64,000 nucleotides of DNA from a virus, in the IMG/VR virus record IMGVR_UViG_3300045988_149625. One strand, given 5' to 3'. Both the position numbers and the translations under genes were made by a program. Below the pieces are notes generated by a model, which did no database searches, was not told where the DNA came from, and saw only the letters and a program-made list of their open reading frames with translations. This document shows positions 55,272 through 64,000 of this stretch, in pieces (the stretch's first letter is position 1; each line of letters starts with the position of its first letter).

Positions 55272-55946
55272 ATGGAAGGTACTGGTGTTGTTCCTGTAAT
55301 GAATATGAACCGTGGATATGACAACGATTGGAGTAATGGTTGTGGTATGTGGTTCATGTGGATTATTGTTATCTTTGCCTTAATGGGCGGATGGGGAAAT
55401 GGTTTCGGTAATAACAGGGGTTTAAACGAAGCCTTAACTAGAAGCGACCTGCAAGCAGGTTTTGATAACCAATCTGTTCAAAGAGGTATAGCAGGTATTC
55501 AAAATGGTCTGTGTGACGGCTTTTATGCACAGAACACAACTATGTTAAACGGTTTCAATGGAGTACAGCGTGATTTAATGGCGAATGGTTATCAGTTAGG
55601 TAATCAAATCGCAGAAAACCGCTTTGCTGCACAAGATTGTTGCTGCACCACAAATCGCAACATAGATTCTGTAAGAGCTGAAAACTATAAGAATACTTGT
55701 GAAATTGTGAACGCAATTAATGCGGATGGTGAAAAGACACGTGCAGTAATGGTAGCTAATACCATTCAAGAACTTCGTGATAAACTTGCTGACAGAGATA
55801 GAGATTTGCAGACTGCTAATTTCCAGCTTAGTCAACAAGCGCAAAGTGCAGCCTTAATTGGTGCGCTTAGACCCTTCCCGCAGCCTGCATTTTTAACCTG
55901 CTCTCCTTATCAGAGCGCAGCAAATAATGTTTGTGGTTGTGTTTAA
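55272..55946 (+). CDS. membrane protein with Gly/Asn-rich region and CCC motif
   Basis: 224 aa; TM MWFMWIIVIFALMGGW. Confidence 0.4.
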   Translation: MEGTGVVPVMNMNRGYDNDWSNGCGMWFMWIIVIFALMGGWGNGFGNNRGLNEALTRSDLQAGFDNQSVQRGIAGIQNGLCDGFYAQNTTMLNGFNGVQRDLMANGYQLGNQIAENRFAAQDCCCTTNRNIDSVRAENYKNTCEIVNAINADGEKTRAVMVANTIQELRDKLADRDRDLQTANFQLSQQAQSAALIGALRPFPQPAFLTCSPYQSAANNVCGCV

Positions 55947-55953
55947 ATAACTT

Positions 55954-55978
55954 GGGGTGTTAGTTCACCCCTTTATTT
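55954..55978 (+). terminator. rho-independent terminator (ggggtg-ttagtt-cacccc + TTTATTT)
   Basis: read directly. Confidence 0.55.
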
Positions 55979-55994
55979 AAAGGAGGGATAAGGA

Positions 55995-56420
55995 ATGGCT
56001 TACTTAAATGCTATTAACTCTGTCACTCAGACAGTGGTAGCTGATGGGTATTTAGTATACGACACAAAAGCTGTAAGCGGTTGCAATAGTTGTTGCAATC
56101 AAGGAATTTTATTTACAGCAGGTAGTAATACAATTACTTTACGTAAAGCAGGAACTTACTTAGTCACTGTTAATGCGAATGTTACACCTACTGCGGCGGG
56201 GGATATTTCCCTACGCTTGGTTAAGAACGGTGTAGCAGTCCCTGGTGCTAGTGCTACTGCGACAGGTGTGGTAGCTACTACATTCCCTGCAAGTTTTACC
56301 ACTTTGATTACGGTTCTACCTTCTTGCAAAGCTATCAATAATGTAGCTTCACTGCAAGTACAGTTGACAGCTGCGGGAACGGTAACAAGCACTTCTTTCA
56401 CCGCTGTAAAAATTGCGTAG
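55995..56420 (+). CDS. BclA-C-terminal/C1q-like beta-sandwich protein (putative)
   Basis: 141 aa; Thr/Ala/Val-rich beta pattern TLITVLPS...VQLTAAGTVTSTSFTAVKIA. Confidence 0.35.
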   Translation: MAYLNAINSVTQTVVADGYLVYDTKAVSGCNSCCNQGILFTAGSNTITLRKAGTYLVTVNANVTPTAAGDISLRLVKNGVAVPGASATATGVVATTFPASFTTLITVLPSCKAINNVASLQVQLTAAGTVTSTSFTAVKIA

Positions 56421-56432
56421 AAGGGTGATTGA

Positions 56433-56762
56433 ATGGATAAAGAGGATAAATTACTAGAAGCTTTATTGAAGTCCACTAGCGATTGTGCTGAAATCAAGCA
56501 TAGTCAAGAAAGAGATATGAAAGAGATAGATGCAGTTAGAGAAAAGCTTGAACTGCAAGGCAAAAATATTGCCTTTCTTGAAGCCTCTTTGAAAGGTTTA
56601 GGGGAGTCCTTAGACCAAGAACGTAAACTTAATAGAGATAGACAGTTGGATTTTTCAAAATTATTGGAAGATAAGATAGGCACTCTGTATAAAGGAGTGT
56701 CTATTCTTACTGCTATAATATCTTTAGTTATAAGTTTAATTCATAATTTCTTTTCAAAGTAA
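56433..56762 (+). CDS. putative holin/lysis accessory protein (coiled coil + C-terminal TM)
   Basis: 109 aa; C-term GVSILTAIISLVISLIHNFF. Confidence 0.4.
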   Translation: MDKEDKLLEALLKSTSDCAEIKHSQERDMKEIDAVREKLELQGKNIAFLEASLKGLGESLDQERKLNRDRQLDFSKLLEDKIGTLYKGVSILTAIISLVISLIHNFFSK

Positions 56763-56765
56763 GGA

Positions 56766-57029
56766 GTGCATTATATGAAAAGTTGGCTAGAAGTTTTTAA
56801 AGAGGGTGGAATCCTCAGTTTAACAAGGATATTAATAACACTTGGTTATGTAACATTTTTAGTGCTTTCTTGTATTCTTGCATTAACAGGACATTTTTGG
56901 GGCAATTATGCAGAATTTGCGTTTGCTACTGGTGGTGCGGTACTCGTACAGCTTGGTAATAAATACATTAATTCTCGTTATAATACGCCAGAAGGTTGTT
57001 TAGGCAAGGAAGTGAAACGTGATGTATAA
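56766..57029 (+). CDS. holin (two TM helices)
   Basis: 87 aa; ILITLGYVTFLVLSCILAL and FAFATGGAVLVQL; immediately upstream of endolysin. Confidence 0.55.
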   Translation: MHYMKSWLEVFKEGGILSLTRILITLGYVTFLVLSCILALTGHFWGNYAEFAFATGGAVLVQLGNKYINSRYNTPEGCLGKEVKRDV

Positions 57030-57447
57030 AAGTAAACATTGGACAGTAAATGAATGGGACTGCTTACAACGCAGCGAAAATCCATTTGCTTGGACAGAAG
57101 GTGGTAGACTTTGTACAGATGATGAGAGAACTGCAAATCTCTTTAAGATATTGGATATGCTAAGGGATTGGAATCCAAACTGGGTAGTTAATACTACAAA
57201 TGCAGGATATAAAAGCGGTTATCGTACAGAGTATATTAACGCCCTAGTTGGTGGTACAGGGGGAAGCTTGCATACACAAGGCTGTGCTGCTGACATACAT
57301 ATAGCAGGGCAAGACGATACAGATACAGCATTAGCAGATACAGTGTTGGTAGCTGCGGATGCTTGGGGCTTAAAAGATAAGCTAGGTATTGGATACTATG
57401 GTGATTGGATTCACATAGACTGCCGTGGGTATACATCAAGATGGTAA
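57019..57447 (+). CDS. endolysin, peptidase M15 (VanY/L-Ala-D-Glu peptidase-like)
   Basis: 142 aa; zinc ligand pattern SLHTQGCAADIHI ... WIHIDCR. Confidence 0.7.
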   Translation: MMYKSKHWTVNEWDCLQRSENPFAWTEGGRLCTDDERTANLFKILDMLRDWNPNWVVNTTNAGYKSGYRTEYINALVGGTGGSLHTQGCAADIHIAGQDDTDTALADTVLVAADAWGLKDKLGIGYYGDWIHIDCRGYTSRW

Positions 57448-57450
57448 TTT

Positions 57451-57478
57451 AGGGGTACAAAAGTACCCCTTATTTTTT
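57451..57478 (+). terminator. rho-independent terminator (aggggtac-aaaa-gtacccct + T6)
   Basis: read directly after endolysin. Confidence 0.65.
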
Positions 57479-57482
57479 ATTC

Positions 57483-57511
57483 TTGACAGATGTTGTGTAA
57501 TATGTTATACT
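57483..57511 (+). promoter_or_regulatory. sigma70-type promoter (TTGACA-17-TATACT)
   Basis: cttgacagatgttgtgtaatatgttatact. Confidence 0.55.
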
Positions 57512-57544
57512 AACCATAGTTTAAAAATGAAAGGAGTCTTAGAG

Positions 57545-57880
57545 ATGAAAGTAGTAGATTTGATTAAAATATTGCAGGGGCATCCAATGGACGCTTCTGT
57601 TTCTATTGAAGGTGATATGCTTAGAGTAGCAGGTTACGATAGCTGCATCTGTTCCACCGCTTACATATCTTTAAAAGATATTGTAAGCAAAAAGTTTCCT
57701 TTATCTAAAGAAAAAAGAGATGCAGTTTTAGAAGCATTGAATTTATTACATAATACATGCAAAGGTACAGACTGCTCGGACTGTGTTTTAGCTAGTGATT
57801 CTGGTGATTGTATCCTACTATTAAATTCGCCTGATAGGTGGGGTTTGAAAATAGTGGAACAGAATTGTAAGGAGGAATAA
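57545..57880 (+). CDS. hypothetical protein
   Basis: track ORF 57425-57880 runs through terminator/promoter; likelier start ATG 57545 with RBS aaggag. Confidence 0.45.
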   Translation: MKVVDLIKILQGHPMDASVSIEGDMLRVAGYDSCICSTAYISLKDIVSKKFPLSKEKRDAVLEALNLLHNTCKGTDCSDCVLASDSGDCILLLNSPDRWGLKIVEQNCKEE

Positions 57881-58063
57881 ATGAAAGTATCAGAGTTTTG
57901 TGAAAGATTGTTAAGGCTCAGTGATGCGGACGGTGAATTGGTGTTTGTAACAGATACAGGTAGATTATATCATGCAGAGGATTGTGACATTTACCTAAAA
58001 GTTTTCGGAGCAAATACAGATAGGCTAATAATTGCCTTAGATGGTGATTTGGAGGGACATTAA
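57881..58063 (+). CDS. hypothetical protein
   Basis: 60 aa. Confidence 0.35.
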   Translation: MKVSEFCERLLRLSDADGELVFVTDTGRLYHAEDCDIYLKVFGANTDRLIIALDGDLEGH

Positions 58064-58065
58064 AA

Positions 58066-58254
58066 ATGTTAGTAGGCGTTAATTCAGATGAGAGAATTGT
58101 CATTAAGAAGGATAATCATATTGAAATTGCTTATTTAGATGATGCAGGAATCCCACACATTACATTAAATTTTTTTAAGTTAAACAGTAAAGAAGTGCAG
58201 GCGTTTTGGGAGTTGGTTAATAAATTTAGGGGAGATATAAATGATAACTTATGA
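58066..58254 (+). CDS. hypothetical protein
   Basis: 62 aa. Confidence 0.35.
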   Translation: MLVGVNSDERIVIKKDNHIEIAYLDDAGIPHITLNFFKLNSKEVQAFWELVNKFRGDINDNL

Positions 58255-59728
58255 AGAAAAACAGGGGCAGAAGTTGTTTAAAGGATTAACTCTTGAACAG
58301 CTTTCTAAGATTAAAGAAGATTTAACTTTTGATAACCCACAATATCAGAGTGCTATCCATTACAGTAAGTGGGGAAGTGTGCGTATTCCTTCAAAATTAA
58401 GATACTATAAACTAATTTCAAATGATATTTTAGTTCCTTTGGGGTACGAGGCACGTCCTTGTGCGGTTTTTGTTAAGAGCGACGCAAAGGATGATGTTGT
58501 CGAATACCCCCCTTTTCAATTAGAATTACGTGATATTCAAAAGAAAGCAGTTTCTACTTTTAGGGGCTTAGGAACACTTGTTTTACCAACAGGTACTGGA
58601 AAGAGTATTTGCGGTCTTTATTTGGCAGGTAAATTAGGTAAGAAAACTTTAATCGTGGTAAATAAAGATGATTTAGTAGATGGCTGGATTCAAGATGCAA
58701 AACTAGCCTATAATGATGCTTTGGATATTGGTTTGGTTAAAGGTAAGGTATTCAAAATTGGTGAACATATTACACTTACTACAATACAAACACTTTCTCG
58801 TTTAGGTGCGGATAAGCTTAAAAAATTGCATAATGAAATTTCCATGCTGATTGTAGATGAGGTACATCGTGCAGGTGCAGTTAGTTATCAAGTTCTTAAT
58901 GAGTTCCCTGCATACATTAGGTTAGGTCTGACAGCTACTAAAATGCGTAATGATGGCTTAGTAGATGTTATTGACTTACTCTGCGGCAGAACCTTATTTG
59001 ATGGGACAATGTGTGAAACAGATGCAATAATTCCTGCTGAGAACATTCATGTCATAAGCAGGAAAAGCAATATTTTTTGGCGGCCTAAAAAGGCGTATTA
59101 TAGTGTACACACAAAGAGAACTATAGAAGATTATGTCTGCAATCACAAAACTTATAAACGTGGTACTATTGAATGGGTATTAAAAATGGAAGAGCTTGTA
59201 TCAGAAGGTCTTGTGAAGCCATATCCATTACGTTTGCATGATGCTTATGATAAAATTGCAACAGATGAGGAATTTAATAACTTAGTTTGTGAGGATATTA
59301 AAAATGCTTATATGCAGAACAAGTCTTGCATAGTTTTCTGTAAAACTATTGAGCAGCTAGAACTTCTTTATAATAAGTTAATTCCTACCTGCCCTAAAAT
59401 TCAGAAATTTTATGGGAATATGTCTGATTCAAAGGCAGATATTAAAGCACGTGCTGAAAGTAAGGAAGTTCTTGTAACATTAGCAACGCTTTCCATTGCG
59501 TGTGAGGGTACAAATGTTAAAGCTTGGGAATATGGGTTTTTGGTAGCAGATATTGCAAATGACAAAGACTTGATACAAGCACTTGGAAGGTTGCGGAGAA
59601 CAGTTGAGGGAAAGACTGATGTTTATATTTTTGACTACCAACATCCTTTAATGGTAGCCATTAAAAACCATTGGTCTAAGCGTGTAGAATGTTATAAATC
59701 TCTTGGAATACCTATTGACAACTTTTAA
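58241..59728 (+). CDS. superfamily 2 DNA helicase (DEAD/DEAH-box, DEVH)
   Basis: 495 aa; Walker A LPTGTGKS, motif II LIVDEVHRAG, C-terminal helicase domain. Confidence 0.7.
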   Translation: MITYEEKQGQKLFKGLTLEQLSKIKEDLTFDNPQYQSAIHYSKWGSVRIPSKLRYYKLISNDILVPLGYEARPCAVFVKSDAKDDVVEYPPFQLELRDIQKKAVSTFRGLGTLVLPTGTGKSICGLYLAGKLGKKTLIVVNKDDLVDGWIQDAKLAYNDALDIGLVKGKVFKIGEHITLTTIQTLSRLGADKLKKLHNEISMLIVDEVHRAGAVSYQVLNEFPAYIRLGLTATKMRNDGLVDVIDLLCGRTLFDGTMCETDAIIPAENIHVISRKSNIFWRPKKAYYSVHTKRTIEDYVCNHKTYKRGTIEWVLKMEELVSEGLVKPYPLRLHDAYDKIATDEEFNNLVCEDIKNAYMQNKSCIVFCKTIEQLELLYNKLIPTCPKIQKFYGNMSDSKADIKARAESKEVLVTLATLSIACEGTNVKAWEYGFLVADIANDKDLIQALGRLRRTVEGKTDVYIFDYQHPLMVAIKNHWSKRVECYKSLGIPIDNF

Positions 59729-59743
59729 AGTGTGTGGTATAAT
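59715..59743 (+). promoter_or_regulatory. sigma70-type promoter (TTGACA-17-TATAAT, TGn)
   Basis: attgacaacttttaaagtgtgtggtataat overlapping helicase 3' end. Confidence 0.5.
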
Positions 59744-59920
59744 TAGTTACAGACATTGAGAAATGTTTATTTAAAGATTATTTGGAGGTTTTAAGAATGG
59801 ACGAAAAACAATTTAAGGATTTTAAAAGACGTATTCCAATGTGCACAAAGAGCCGTAAATGGTTGCCCAATAATGCAGTAGAACGCCGTTTGTGGACAAA
59901 AATGCGCAAGGAGAATAAGA

Positions 59921-60391
59921 ATGAAAATTAATATTCCAACCAAAGAGAAGCAAATTGTTGATTTAAATGAAGCACCAAAAGAAACAACATTGACTGAGCT
60001 TTATGATGCGTATGCCTTATTCAGTAAAGTAGAAAATGATGCTAAAAAGAAAAAGGCAGAGATTAAGAAGCAGTTAGATGAATATTTTGACACGCAAGGT
60101 GTTAAAGATACTATGGGTAATGTTTGGCTTAACACACCGAACGGAAGCTTTAAAAAGCAGCAAAGGGTATCTCTTGGAATTAATGAAGAACTTGCAACAC
60201 AGGTATTAAGACGCTTAGATTTATTTGATAAGGTTGTTTCCTATGAACCAGTCTTTGATGTAGATGCGATTCAAGGATTTATTGCAGACGGCGTTATTTC
60301 CGATGAAGATATGAATAAGATATTTGAAAGGAAGATTACATATGCCCTTACCACGCAAAAAGGGAAGAAAGCGGAAGAAGTTTCCGAATAA
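59921..60391 (+). CDS. hypothetical protein
   Basis: 156 aa. Confidence 0.45.
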   Translation: MKINIPTKEKQIVDLNEAPKETTLTELYDAYALFSKVENDAKKKKAEIKKQLDEYFDTQGVKDTMGNVWLNTPNGSFKKQQRVSLGINEELATQVLRRLDLFDKVVSYEPVFDVDAIQGFIADGVISDEDMNKIFERKITYALTTQKGKKAEEVSE

Positions 60392-60440
60392 GCGCAGATG
60401 TTCTGCCCACTTTAAAGAGTGGGCGACAAATGGCAGGAAG

Positions 60441-60737
60441 ATGATTATAAACGGAAAAGAAATGACTGTTTATACAAGTGGTAAATTGGTAGAAGCATTT
60501 GCCAATGTAGGAATACCCAGAACTTATATGTGCTTTCATTTGTGGATTAAAAATGGTTATATGCCAGAGTCCCCAATTAAAACAAAGAATAGGTCATGGT
60601 ACACTAGAGGTATGATTGAGTGTCTTGCAATGACGGCACTCGAATGTGGTATGACAAAGACTACACCTAACATGGAATTTATGAAAGTACGTTGGTTTGA
60701 GGAATTTGATAAAGTAGTTAGAAAGGAGTTAATGTAA
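60441..60737 (+). CDS. hypothetical protein
   Basis: track ORF 60324-60737 overlaps upstream gene by 68 nt; internal ATG 60441 with RBS ggcaggaag is the likelier start. Confidence 0.35.
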   Translation: MIINGKEMTVYTSGKLVEAFANVGIPRTYMCFHLWIKNGYMPESPIKTKNRSWYTRGMIECLAMTALECGMTKTTPNMEFMKVRWFEEFDKVVRKELM

Positions 60738-60940
60738 TGGAAAAGGGTGAAACTTTAGTTAGAGTTGTTAAAAGCTTTACAAAAAATTTAGGTAACTATG
60801 AGAGTGCTAGGATTGAGCTTGGCATGGAGAGAATTGTAGAGGACTCTAAAATTGAGTTTACTAAACAACAATTAAGCGCAGAAATTGATGAATTTATCAA
60901 CGCTGAAATTACAGATTTGGTTTCTGATAATGCACATTAA
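60737..60940 (+). CDS. hypothetical protein
   Basis: 67 aa. Confidence 0.35.
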   Translation: MEKGETLVRVVKSFTKNLGNYESARIELGMERIVEDSKIEFTKQQLSAEIDEFINAEITDLVSDNAH

Positions 60941-61376
60941 TAAAGCAATGAGTGCTGCCCTCTTTGGTAGGGCAGTAGTCACACCGAAAGCAAGTGGCAT
61001 TATTAAATCAGATGTAGATGTTTCTGTCTTTACTCCTACTGATTTTCTGCGTTATTGGAAGGATAAAGCGAAACAGCGTGACATAAAGTATGTCACAGTT
61101 CAATATAAGGATAATGCCATTTTGAAGTCAGTAATGAAGTCCTATACTAATACAGAGGTTAAATTAATGATAGACTATCTTTGGGATAGTGGAGAGCGCA
61201 TTTCTAGTAATGATAAAGAAATCCCCTATACAGATTACGGTATTTACTTACTTTCGTCTGGTTGGGCAAATTCCATTTATAATCGTGCTAACTTTTGGAA
61301 GAAGCACTTTAAGGATAAGGAATTGCGCGGTTGGGAAAATACAAGAGGTGAGAATGTTGCCGAAATTGAGTTCTAG
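60885..61376 (+). CDS. hypothetical protein (replication-associated?)
   Basis: 163 aa. Confidence 0.4.
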   Translation: MMNLSTLKLQIWFLIMHINKAMSAALFGRAVVTPKASGIIKSDVDVSVFTPTDFLRYWKDKAKQRDIKYVTVQYKDNAILKSVMKSYTNTEVKLMIDYLWDSGERISSNDKEIPYTDYGIYLLSSGWANSIYNRANFWKKHFKDKELRGWENTRGENVAEIEF

Positions 61377-61965
61377 GAGAACATTTTTAAGCAGAGAAGC
61401 CTTATCTTTAATGGGCATCCCTATTATGTACCAAGGTCTTTCTTGGAAAGATTATCGGTTTCCCAACGAACAAATGGAACATCTGTTACGTGGTTATACA
61501 ACGCATTGTGATGAAATGTTGCGGGACTGTGTTGGACTTCTTTTTATAGGGCAGAATGGTTGTGGTAAATCATTCGTATCTAGTATTATACTGCAATATT
61601 GTTATTCTTATTACCATACATGCAGAATGACAACTTTTAAAGAACTTATTTCCAAGGCTTTCAGTAAGGATGATTCTTATAACGAGTTTCTTGGGGCAGA
61701 GTTCTTAGTAATTGATGAACTTGGTGCAGAAGTAAGTTTGAAGTCAGATGCTGAAAAGTCGCTCTTAGAGGATATTCTAAAGCAGAGATTTACGAAAGGA
61801 TACCCAACGATTATTTGTAGTAATTTAGATACTGTGCAGTTAAAAGAGCGTTATGGAAATACTTTCTATTCTATGCTTTCAGAATTTGTTAAGGTTAAGC
61901 TTTTAGGTGAGGATGGCAGAAAGCAGGCTTTTCGTAATAAAAAAGCCTTGGAGTTTTTAAAGTAA
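61354..61965 (+). CDS. DnaC/IstB-like AAA+ helicase loader
   Basis: Walker A GQNGCGKS, Walker B FLVIDELG; track ORF starts 61189 but ATG 61354 with RBS agaggtg is the likelier start. Confidence 0.65.
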   Translation: MLPKLSSRRTFLSREALSLMGIPIMYQGLSWKDYRFPNEQMEHLLRGYTTHCDEMLRDCVGLLFIGQNGCGKSFVSSIILQYCYSYYHTCRMTTFKELISKAFSKDDSYNEFLGAEFLVIDELGAEVSLKSDAEKSLLEDILKQRFTKGYPTIICSNLDTVQLKERYGNTFYSMLSEFVKVKLLGEDGRKQAFRNKKALEFLK

Positions 61966-61977
61966 GGAAGTGATTAT

Positions 61978-62139
61978 ATGATTAAAAAAGATGAGTGCTT
62001 TAATTGCGGAAGCAAAGATGTTACAGGTTTTGCAGGAAAACAAGAATTTCCTTTATGCACAGCTTGCTGGCAAAAGCTTTTGGCTAAAGAATTGACCTTA
62101 GAATCTTTGGAGAATAAGCTAAATGAACAGAAAAGGTGA
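61978..62139 (+). CDS. small zinc-ribbon protein
   Basis: 53 aa; CFNCGS...CTACW. Confidence 0.3.
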   Translation: MIKKDECFNCGSKDVTGFAGKQEFPLCTACWQKLLAKELTLESLENKLNEQKR

Positions 62140-62518
62140 ACTTTCTAATAGAGTAGCGGCCATCGTAGCTATCGATTACGATACAATTTTTAGTAAAAAA
62201 CCTTCTTTAAAGGATTTTTTTACGAAAAGTAAGTTACAACGCACCTTTAAGCAGGAATATAGGGATTTAACCCTAAAGTTGTATTCTGCTGGGTTTAGTA
62301 TTTATATTATAAGTAAGGATTTAAAAAAGACAAAATCAGAGCTTGACGACTTGTATTTTGGTAGGTATATATTCTATACAGACTTTATACAGTATGAGAA
62401 TCTTAATGATTTAGCAGTAGATTGTAGGTCACTTTTTAAATATTTTATTTGCGAAACCCCAAAAGGTGCGTTTTTAGATAATGTGTATTCCTTAGAGTCT
62501 TTCAAGGAGTTGTTATAA
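62123..62518 (+). CDS. hypothetical protein
   Basis: 131 aa. Confidence 0.4.
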   Translation: MNRKGELSNRVAAIVAIDYDTIFSKKPSLKDFFTKSKLQRTFKQEYRDLTLKLYSAGFSIYIISKDLKKTKSELDDLYFGRYIFYTDFIQYENLNDLAVDCRSLFKYFICETPKGAFLDNVYSLESFKELL

Positions 62519-63774
62519 TGTCAGTAGAAAATAAGTTAATTTTAAAACTCCTAGAGAGTAAGGATTGGGACGTTGTAGTTGATAAAGGTATTACACAGAA
62601 CTACTTTACAGGCTCTAACAAACGTGCCTTTAAGTGGATAAGTAACTTCAAACTTAACTATGGTACATTACCAGACCTAGATACTTTTAAGAAACACTTC
62701 CCTGAAGTAAATCTTCTAGTAGATGCTAGAGAATGTACTGCTTACTATTGCGACGAGGTTCGTAAGAAGATTAGGCAGAATAAGTTGGTGTCTGTACTAG
62801 AGGGGGCTGCGGATAAAATAAATGCAGGTAATGTAGATTCTGTCTATACAGATTTAACGAAGTTACTCATGGAAGTCAACACAGAGTTCACTTTTGCCGA
62901 GAAAGTGGATATTGGTAGACAGACTGAGGAACGCTTTAAAGAGTACGAGCTTAATAAGATAACAGGCGGTATGACAGGTATTCCATTAGGTATTTTACCA
63001 ATAGATAAGCAAACTGGCGGTGTAAAGGATATGGACTTGTACACTTTCCTCGGAAAATCTGGTTCTGGCAAGAGTTGGATGCTTTGTATTTTAGCTGCCA
63101 ATCTTATTAAGGCAGGGTATAAAGTAATGCTACTTACTAAAGAAATGTCCCCTAAACAGCTCTTAAAGCGTATGGATGCTATCATGGCGTGTGTTAGTTA
63201 TAATGCTTTGAAGAATGGTAAATTACCTGCAAATGAAGAAGCACAGTACAAAACATACTTAGAACAATACGCTCCTAAATACAAGGACAAACTTAGTATT
63301 GAGCTTGTTACAAATGGTGTTGATGAAGCTATCAGTAAAATAGATAACTTTCAACCAGACATTGCTTTGGTAGATGGCGGTTATCTGTTGAGTGAGGGCG
63401 CAGACCCAGAAGATTGGAAAGCAGTTATTGGTGTATGGAAAGCTTTCAAAGTATTTGCTTTAAGCAGAAAAATACCAGTCATTCTTACATCACAATTAAC
63501 TGATAAGAATACTGTTGCATACTCAACTGGTTTAAAGCAATATTGTGACGGTATTTGGGCTATGAAGCAGGACGATGTACAAAGGGCAGCCAAAGAGATT
63601 CAAATAGAGAACATTAAGATTCGTGACGGTGAACATTTATTACCCTTTACAATGTCTTGGGACTTTTCAAGCTCACCAATGAATTATGAAGTAGTGCATC
63701 AAGCATATAACTCTGAAACAAATAAAGGCTTTTTAGTGAAAGATGAGCCAATAAGCTTAAAGAAGGTAGAATAG
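62518..63774 (+). CDS. replicative DNA helicase (DnaB-like)
   Basis: 418 aa; Walker A LGKSGSGKS, KEMS, ALVDGGYLL (RecA-like C-domain). Confidence 0.75.
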   Translation: MSVENKLILKLLESKDWDVVVDKGITQNYFTGSNKRAFKWISNFKLNYGTLPDLDTFKKHFPEVNLLVDARECTAYYCDEVRKKIRQNKLVSVLEGAADKINAGNVDSVYTDLTKLLMEVNTEFTFAEKVDIGRQTEERFKEYELNKITGGMTGIPLGILPIDKQTGGVKDMDLYTFLGKSGSGKSWMLCILAANLIKAGYKVMLLTKEMSPKQLLKRMDAIMACVSYNALKNGKLPANEEAQYKTYLEQYAPKYKDKLSIELVTNGVDEAISKIDNFQPDIALVDGGYLLSEGADPEDWKAVIGVWKAFKVFALSRKIPVILTSQLTDKNTVAYSTGLKQYCDGIWAMKQDDVQRAAKEIQIENIKIRDGEHLLPFTMSWDFSSSPMNYEVVHQAYNSETNKGFLVKDEPISLKKVE

Positions 63775-63939
63775 ATGAATTGTGATAAATGTAAATATTC
63801 TCAAAAGTTTAATGGTATGTGTATGTGCCATAAGTTTAAAAAGATAGTCGCTAATGAAACAGGTGACAAACCTTGTTTTGAACCTAGAAATTCTGGTGAG
63901 TTTTTAAAAGATTTTTTTAATTTAGTAGGTGGGTATTGA
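63775..63939 (+). CDS. small Cys-rich protein
   Basis: 54 aa; MNCDKCKYSQKFNGMCMCHKF. Confidence 0.3.
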   Translation: MNCDKCKYSQKFNGMCMCHKFKKIVANETGDKPCFEPRNSGEFLKDFFNLVGGY

Positions 63940-63964
63940 CACGCTTATAAAAGTGTGTTATAAT
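63936..63964 (+). promoter_or_regulatory. sigma70-type promoter (TTGACA-17-TATAAT)
   Basis: ggtattgacacgcttataaaagtgtgttataat. Confidence 0.55.
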
Positions 63965-64000
63965 AGATACATGAGGTGTTAAGAAATGTTAGCAGACGAA

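Noticed and set aside
1-64000. Lysogeny module (integrase, cI/Cro) and CRISPR arrays
   Set aside because: No tyrosine/serine recombinase motifs, no repressor-like HTH pair at the divergent region, and no repeat-spacer arrays were seen; absence is noted rather than a feature called.

Overview
This window is most or all of a tailed dsDNA phage genome (siphovirus-like, with a lambda-style H/M/L/K/J tail-tip gene order) from a low-GC, probably anaerobic Firmicutes host; the host call rests on the AT-rich sequence, an anaerobic class III RNR (NrdD) and sporulation-like accessory genes. Gene-by-gene calls are in the features list; the main blocks are listed here.

- **1-12654:** a leftward early block of small genes on the minus strand. 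It includes three DNA methyltransferases.
  - One is a beta-class N6A/N4C MTase broken by a G9 homopolymer.
  - One is its intact paralog.
  - One is a C5-cytosine MTase with motifs I-III relocated to the C-terminus.
- **12655-13304:** a divergent control region with two consensus sigma70 promoters, a polypurine/polypyrimidine imperfect palindrome and short direct repeats.
- **13305-18650:** a rightward block holding a 3D-domain protein, dUTPase and a 16-tRNA island that also carries a GIY-YIG homing endonuclease.
- **18671-26144:** a vWA protein, then nrdD interrupted by a group I intron that carries an HNH endonuclease, then dNMP kinase, an ATP-dependent ligase and a metallophosphatase.
- **26354-47836:** large terminase, portal, scaffold, major capsid, major tail, G/G-T chaperone with a -1 frameshift site, tape measure, and lambda-like tail-tip genes.
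- **47812-52709:** a tail-fibre operon containing a radical-SAM/SPASM enzyme that is translationally coupled to a diversity-generating retroelement (DGR: target gene, variable repeat VR, template repeat TR with adenine-specific mismatches, reverse transcriptase).
- **52712-63774:** a sporulation/prion-like accessory cassette, holins plus an M15 endolysin, and a replication module (SF2 helicase, DnaC-like loader, DnaB-like helicase).

A family of at least 11 near-consensus promoters (GGTATTGACA-N17-TATAAT) punctuates the genome, and several rho-independent terminators follow highly expressed genes. I saw no integrase, cI-like repressor or CRISPR array.
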